Of a stretch of DNA of 35,643 nucleotides, positions 32,358 to 35,643 are shown piece by piece (position 1 is the first letter of the stretch; every line of letters starts with the position of its first letter). The position numbers and the translations under genes were made by a program. The notes below the pieces were generated by a model. That model did no database searches and was not told the DNA's origin. It saw only the letters and a list, made by a program, of their open reading frames with translations. This stretch comes from a virus. The stretch is from positions 1-35,643 of the IMG/VR virus record IMGVR_UViG_3300031867_000270. One strand, given 5' to 3'.

Positions 32358-33747
32358 AAAAGTAATAACATGGATTAAGGGAGCGATAAGTAAAATGTTT
32401 AAAACAAATGATATTGCAAAAGATTTTAATATAGATATATCAGGTAGTGAAGAGGTTAATGAATTAATAGAACTATGTACAAATATATTTAATAATAATG
32501 CACCATGGTTAAATAAGGAAACTAAATCACTAAATGTTGCTAAAACAATTTGTGAAAAAGTTGCCAAAGCAGTAACTATAGAGTTTAAATCACAAGTAGA
32601 AGATGAAGGAATAAATAAGATATATCAAAGATTTTTAAATAATTTACGAACTAACGTAGAATATACTTTAGCAAAAGGAGATATGTTCTTCAAACCATTT
32701 TATTCAAACGGAAAAATAAAAATAAGTTGTATACATGGAGATAAGTTTATTCCTATAAAATTTGATAGCACTGGCGAATTGCTTGGTGCTATTTTAATTG
32801 ACCAAAAAGTAAAAGGAAATGATGTTTATACTAGATTAGAATACAATGATTTGAATGATACAACTTTGACGATTAGAAATATAGCATATAAAGGACAGAA
32901 AAACGCGTCAACATTAGGAACAAAAATACATCTATCGCAAGTATTAGAATGGAAAGACATTGAAGAAGAAACGCAAATAGAAAATGTGAACAAACTAATT
33001 GGAGGATATTTTAAAATACCTATTGCGAATCCAGTAGACAATACAACTCAAAGAGGAACACCTATATTTGCAAATGCTATAGGTATTCTAAAAGAAGTTG
33101 ATAAACAATTTAGTAGAACATTATGGGAATATGAAGGTTCGGAACTTGCTCTTGATATAGATGCTACTGCCTTTAAAAAGGATTCTAATGGAAATTATAT
33201 TTTACCAAAAGGTAAGAAAAGATTATTCAGAATGATGGATTTAGGAAATGAAAAACAATGGAATATCTTTAGTCCTACTATAAGAGATACAGCACTATTC
33301 AATGGATTAAATGAATGGTTGAGACAATGTGAAAGTCAATGTGGACTATCTTTTGGAATAATATCTAAATCAACGGAAACAGAAAAAACAGCTACTGAAA
33401 TAAAAGCTAGTAAGCAAGATTATTATGTTACAGTTTCAGATATTCAGAACTCATTACAAAATGCACTAGAAGATTTAATTTATGGAATAGATGTATTGAT
33501 GACATTATATAAAATACCGCATAAAACAAATCCTGAAATAAGTTTTGATTGGGATGACAGCATATTAGTAGATAGTGAAAAGAAACAAGCTCAAGCATTA
33601 GTAGAAAGAAATGCAGGAATAATTGATGACATAGAATATTTTGTACAAACAAGAGATTATTCAGAAGAAGAAGCAATGGAATATTATAACAAAATGCAAG
33701 AAAGAAAAGTAGAAGAACCAATAGAAAACGATATAGATGAGGAATAA
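32350..33747 (+). CDS. Portal protein (SPP1 gp6-like)
   Basis: 465 aa, directly after terL with overlap, acidic C-terminus. Confidence 0.85.
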   Translation: MFEKVITWIKGAISKMFKTNDIAKDFNIDISGSEEVNELIELCTNIFNNNAPWLNKETKSLNVAKTICEKVAKAVTIEFKSQVEDEGINKIYQRFLNNLRTNVEYTLAKGDMFFKPFYSNGKIKISCIHGDKFIPIKFDSTGELLGAILIDQKVKGNDVYTRLEYNDLNDTTLTIRNIAYKGQKNASTLGTKIHLSQVLEWKDIEEETQIENVNKLIGGYFKIPIANPVDNTTQRGTPIFANAIGILKEVDKQFSRTLWEYEGSELALDIDATAFKKDSNGNYILPKGKKRLFRMMDLGNEKQWNIFSPTIRDTALFNGLNEWLRQCESQCGLSFGIISKSTETEKTATEIKASKQDYYVTVSDIQNSLQNALEDLIYGIDVLMTLYKIPHKTNPEISFDWDDSILVDSEKKQAQALVERNAGIIDDIEYFVQTRDYSEEEAMEYYNKMQERKVEEPIENDIDEE

Positions 33748-33750
33748 TAA

Positions 33751-35409
33751 ATGATTGAGGATAAAATACAAAGTGCAATAAAACCTATTATATCAATGTA
33801 TAGTCAGATAGAATTAGATATAATAGAAAAAATTGCAGAACATTTTAAAGTAAATGAGGAATTTATCAATTCAGACTATTGGTACTTTGAAAAACTAAAA
33901 GAATTAGGTGGACTTAATAATGAAACTATAAAATTATTAGAAGAAAGAACAGGATATACAAAGAAAGAATTATTGAAAGCGATGAAAGATATAGGAATCA
34001 ATTCTATACCAACAGAGCAATTAAATATAGCAACACAAAAAGGAGCTTTGTTAAATCCAGAAAAAATAATAAATAGTGTTAATATACAAAATATAATTAA
34101 ATACAGTTATGATGAAATAGAAAAAGAGTTTTTACAATTTAATAAGACTATAGAAGAACAAGTAAGAAAAACTTATACTGCTATAGCTACACAAACATAC
34201 ATAAAAGTAAATAGTGGAATGTATAGCTATCAAGAGGCTATCTTAGAGAGTTTAGATGAATTAGGGAATAAAGGAATATCAGTATTAGAATATCAAACAA
34301 ATACAGGTAAAAGAAATTATGATGTAGTAGGAACAGTAAGAAGGGATTTACTTATAGCAACAAGAGGACTAGCAGGAAAAGTAAATGAAGAAGTAATAAA
34401 AGAAAGTGGTTGGCATATAGTAAGAGTTTCGCATCACTTTGGAGCAAGAACAGGAGATAGAGGAGAAAACTTTACTAATCATGCATGGTGGCAAGAAAAA
34501 CAATATTTCTGTTGGAACTATGATGGATTAGCTACCAAAGAAGAAAAGAAATTACCTGATTTTATGGAACATTGTAATTACGGAGATGTTCAAGGAATAG
34601 TTGGAATTAACTGTAAACACTTCTTTACTGTTTGGTATGGTTCATTAGAAAAAGATAAATTAGATTTTACATATAATGAAAATAAAGAACAATATGAAAA
34701 TACACAGCAACAAAGATATTTAGAGAATGGTGTTAGAAAATGGAAAAGAAAGCAAGTTGCAGCAAAAGCATCAGAAGACAAAGGAGGCTATAATAAAGCA
34801 AGTAAGAAAGCTAAAGAATGGCAAGATAGATTAAATATATTTACAGAAGAAAAGAGTTTAAATAGAGATTATACTAGAGAACATATAAAAGATTACAAAA
34901 ATGTAACAGATAATGATACAAAGTATACAGATATAACTTACAAGACACTAAAAAATGGAAAACAAGAGTATAAATTAACAGAACAACAGTATTTTATAGA
35001 TAAAAGTGGTGTGAAGCATAATATAGATGGAAGGAATGTAAAAATAAAAGCAAACGAAAAAGAAAGACAAGTTGCTAATTTAATGGGAAAAACTTATGGA
35101 GGGGAAATAAAATTAATTCCAGTAGTCTTGAACCCTCAAGGAATAAAAACACCAGATTATATGGTAAATGATAAAAAATTTGACTTGAAAGAAATATTTG
35201 GAAATACTAAAAATACTTTGTATAATGCCATCAATAAAAAGAAAGAACAATCTTCAAATTTTATTTTTGATATATCTAGCACAAAAATGAAAACAATAGA
35301 TGCTATTAAGCAAATACAAGGAATTTATAAATCAAAACATAAAGATTGGATAAATGAAATAGTTTTAATTAAAGATAATAAAGTATTAAAAATTTATAAA
35401 AGAAAATAA
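33751..35409 (+). CDS. Head morphogenesis / minor capsid protein (SPP1 gp7 / MuF-like) with C-terminal PD-(D/E)xK toxin-like extension
   Basis: Position after the portal gene. The core has ...GARTGDRGENFTNHAWWQ...GINCKHFF. The extra roughly 130 aa C-terminal domain has E...KTPDY-x7-DLKE. Confidence 0.7.
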   Translation: MIEDKIQSAIKPIISMYSQIELDIIEKIAEHFKVNEEFINSDYWYFEKLKELGGLNNETIKLLEERTGYTKKELLKAMKDIGINSIPTEQLNIATQKGALLNPEKIINSVNIQNIIKYSYDEIEKEFLQFNKTIEEQVRKTYTAIATQTYIKVNSGMYSYQEAILESLDELGNKGISVLEYQTNTGKRNYDVVGTVRRDLLIATRGLAGKVNEEVIKESGWHIVRVSHHFGARTGDRGENFTNHAWWQEKQYFCWNYDGLATKEEKKLPDFMEHCNYGDVQGIVGINCKHFFTVWYGSLEKDKLDFTYNENKEQYENTQQQRYLENGVRKWKRKQVAAKASEDKGGYNKASKKAKEWQDRLNIFTEEKSLNRDYTREHIKDYKNVTDNDTKYTDITYKTLKNGKQEYKLTEQQYFIDKSGVKHNIDGRNVKIKANEKERQVANLMGKTYGGEIKLIPVVLNPQGIKTPDYMVNDKKFDLKEIFGNTKNTLYNAINKKKEQSSNFIFDISSTKMKTIDAIKQIQGIYKSKHKDWINEIVLIKDNKVLKIYKRK

Positions 35410-35516
35410 AAAAAAATGAGGTTGGTGCAACACATGGGTGTCACATAACCTCTAATAAATATTTATTAACTTAATTATACACTATATTAAGTTAATAATC
35501 AATAGTTTATGCAAAA

Positions 35517-35643
35517 AAATATAAATTATTCATACTGTCCGAAATGACGATAAACTACTAATTAAATAGTTAAATCATAGGCGTAGAAATACGTCTATTT
35601 TTTATGCAAATTGCCCTTTCGTGGCTGGGCTTTAAATGGCACG
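35517..35643. repeat. Second copy of the 127-bp terminal repeat
   Basis: Identical to 1..127. Confidence 0.95.

Noticed and set aside
1-35643. Searched by eye for tRNA T-loop motifs, CRISPR-like spaced repeats, reverse transcriptase/DGR, transposase or IS ends, and methyltransferase motifs
   Set aside because: None was found. The absence of tRNAs should still be confirmed with tRNAscan-type tools.

Overview
The window is a complete, circularly closed genome of a temperate siphovirus-like phage. The first 127 bases repeat exactly as the last 127, so the unique length is 35,516 bp. The host looks like a very AT-rich Firmicute, probably Clostridium-like and spore-forming, judged from GGAGG-type ribosome-binding sites, frequent TTG/GTG starts and AGA/ATA codon usage. 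Gene order on the + strand: scaffold and major capsid (188-1677), head-tail connectors (1800-3432), major tail protein (3453-3953), a two-gene moron island (4005-4986), tail chaperones, tape measure, Dit, Tal and fibres (5021-14443), and a lysis cassette (14443-16399). Next come an accessory island beside attP (16400-17973), then integrase and a LexA-like CI repressor on the - strand (17974-19795). After that: a cro/xis-like early region, the recombination and replication module (Rad52-like annealing protein, replisome organiser with internal iterons, DnaB-type helicase, RusA), many small unknown ORFs, and an ArpU/sigma-region-4-like late regulator (28658-29209). A roughly 615-bp non-coding structured region follows (29210-29824), then the packaging module (terS, terL, portal, MuF/gp7-like protein, 30644-35409). 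No tRNA, rRNA, CRISPR array, transposase or reverse transcriptase was seen. The observations I rank highest are these. (1) A SinR/XRE-type HTH fused to a Spo0E-like phosphatase motif in the attP-proximal island. (2) An exact 12-mer, TTTCGACAAATT, present four times in one orientation, three of the four at accessory-gene promoters, which looks like a phage-wide operator set. (3) A divergent RHH plus DUF4429-like/SHOCT moron inside the tail module, wired to that same motif. (4) A small membrane protein with a convergent antisense promoter, a type I toxin-antitoxin-like layout. (5) The long GC-enriched non-coding leader in front of the late operon. (6) A head-morphogenesis protein carrying a C-terminal PD-(D/E)xK toxin-like domain with no adjacent immunity gene. 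Every family assignment comes from reading motifs by eye; no database search was possible.
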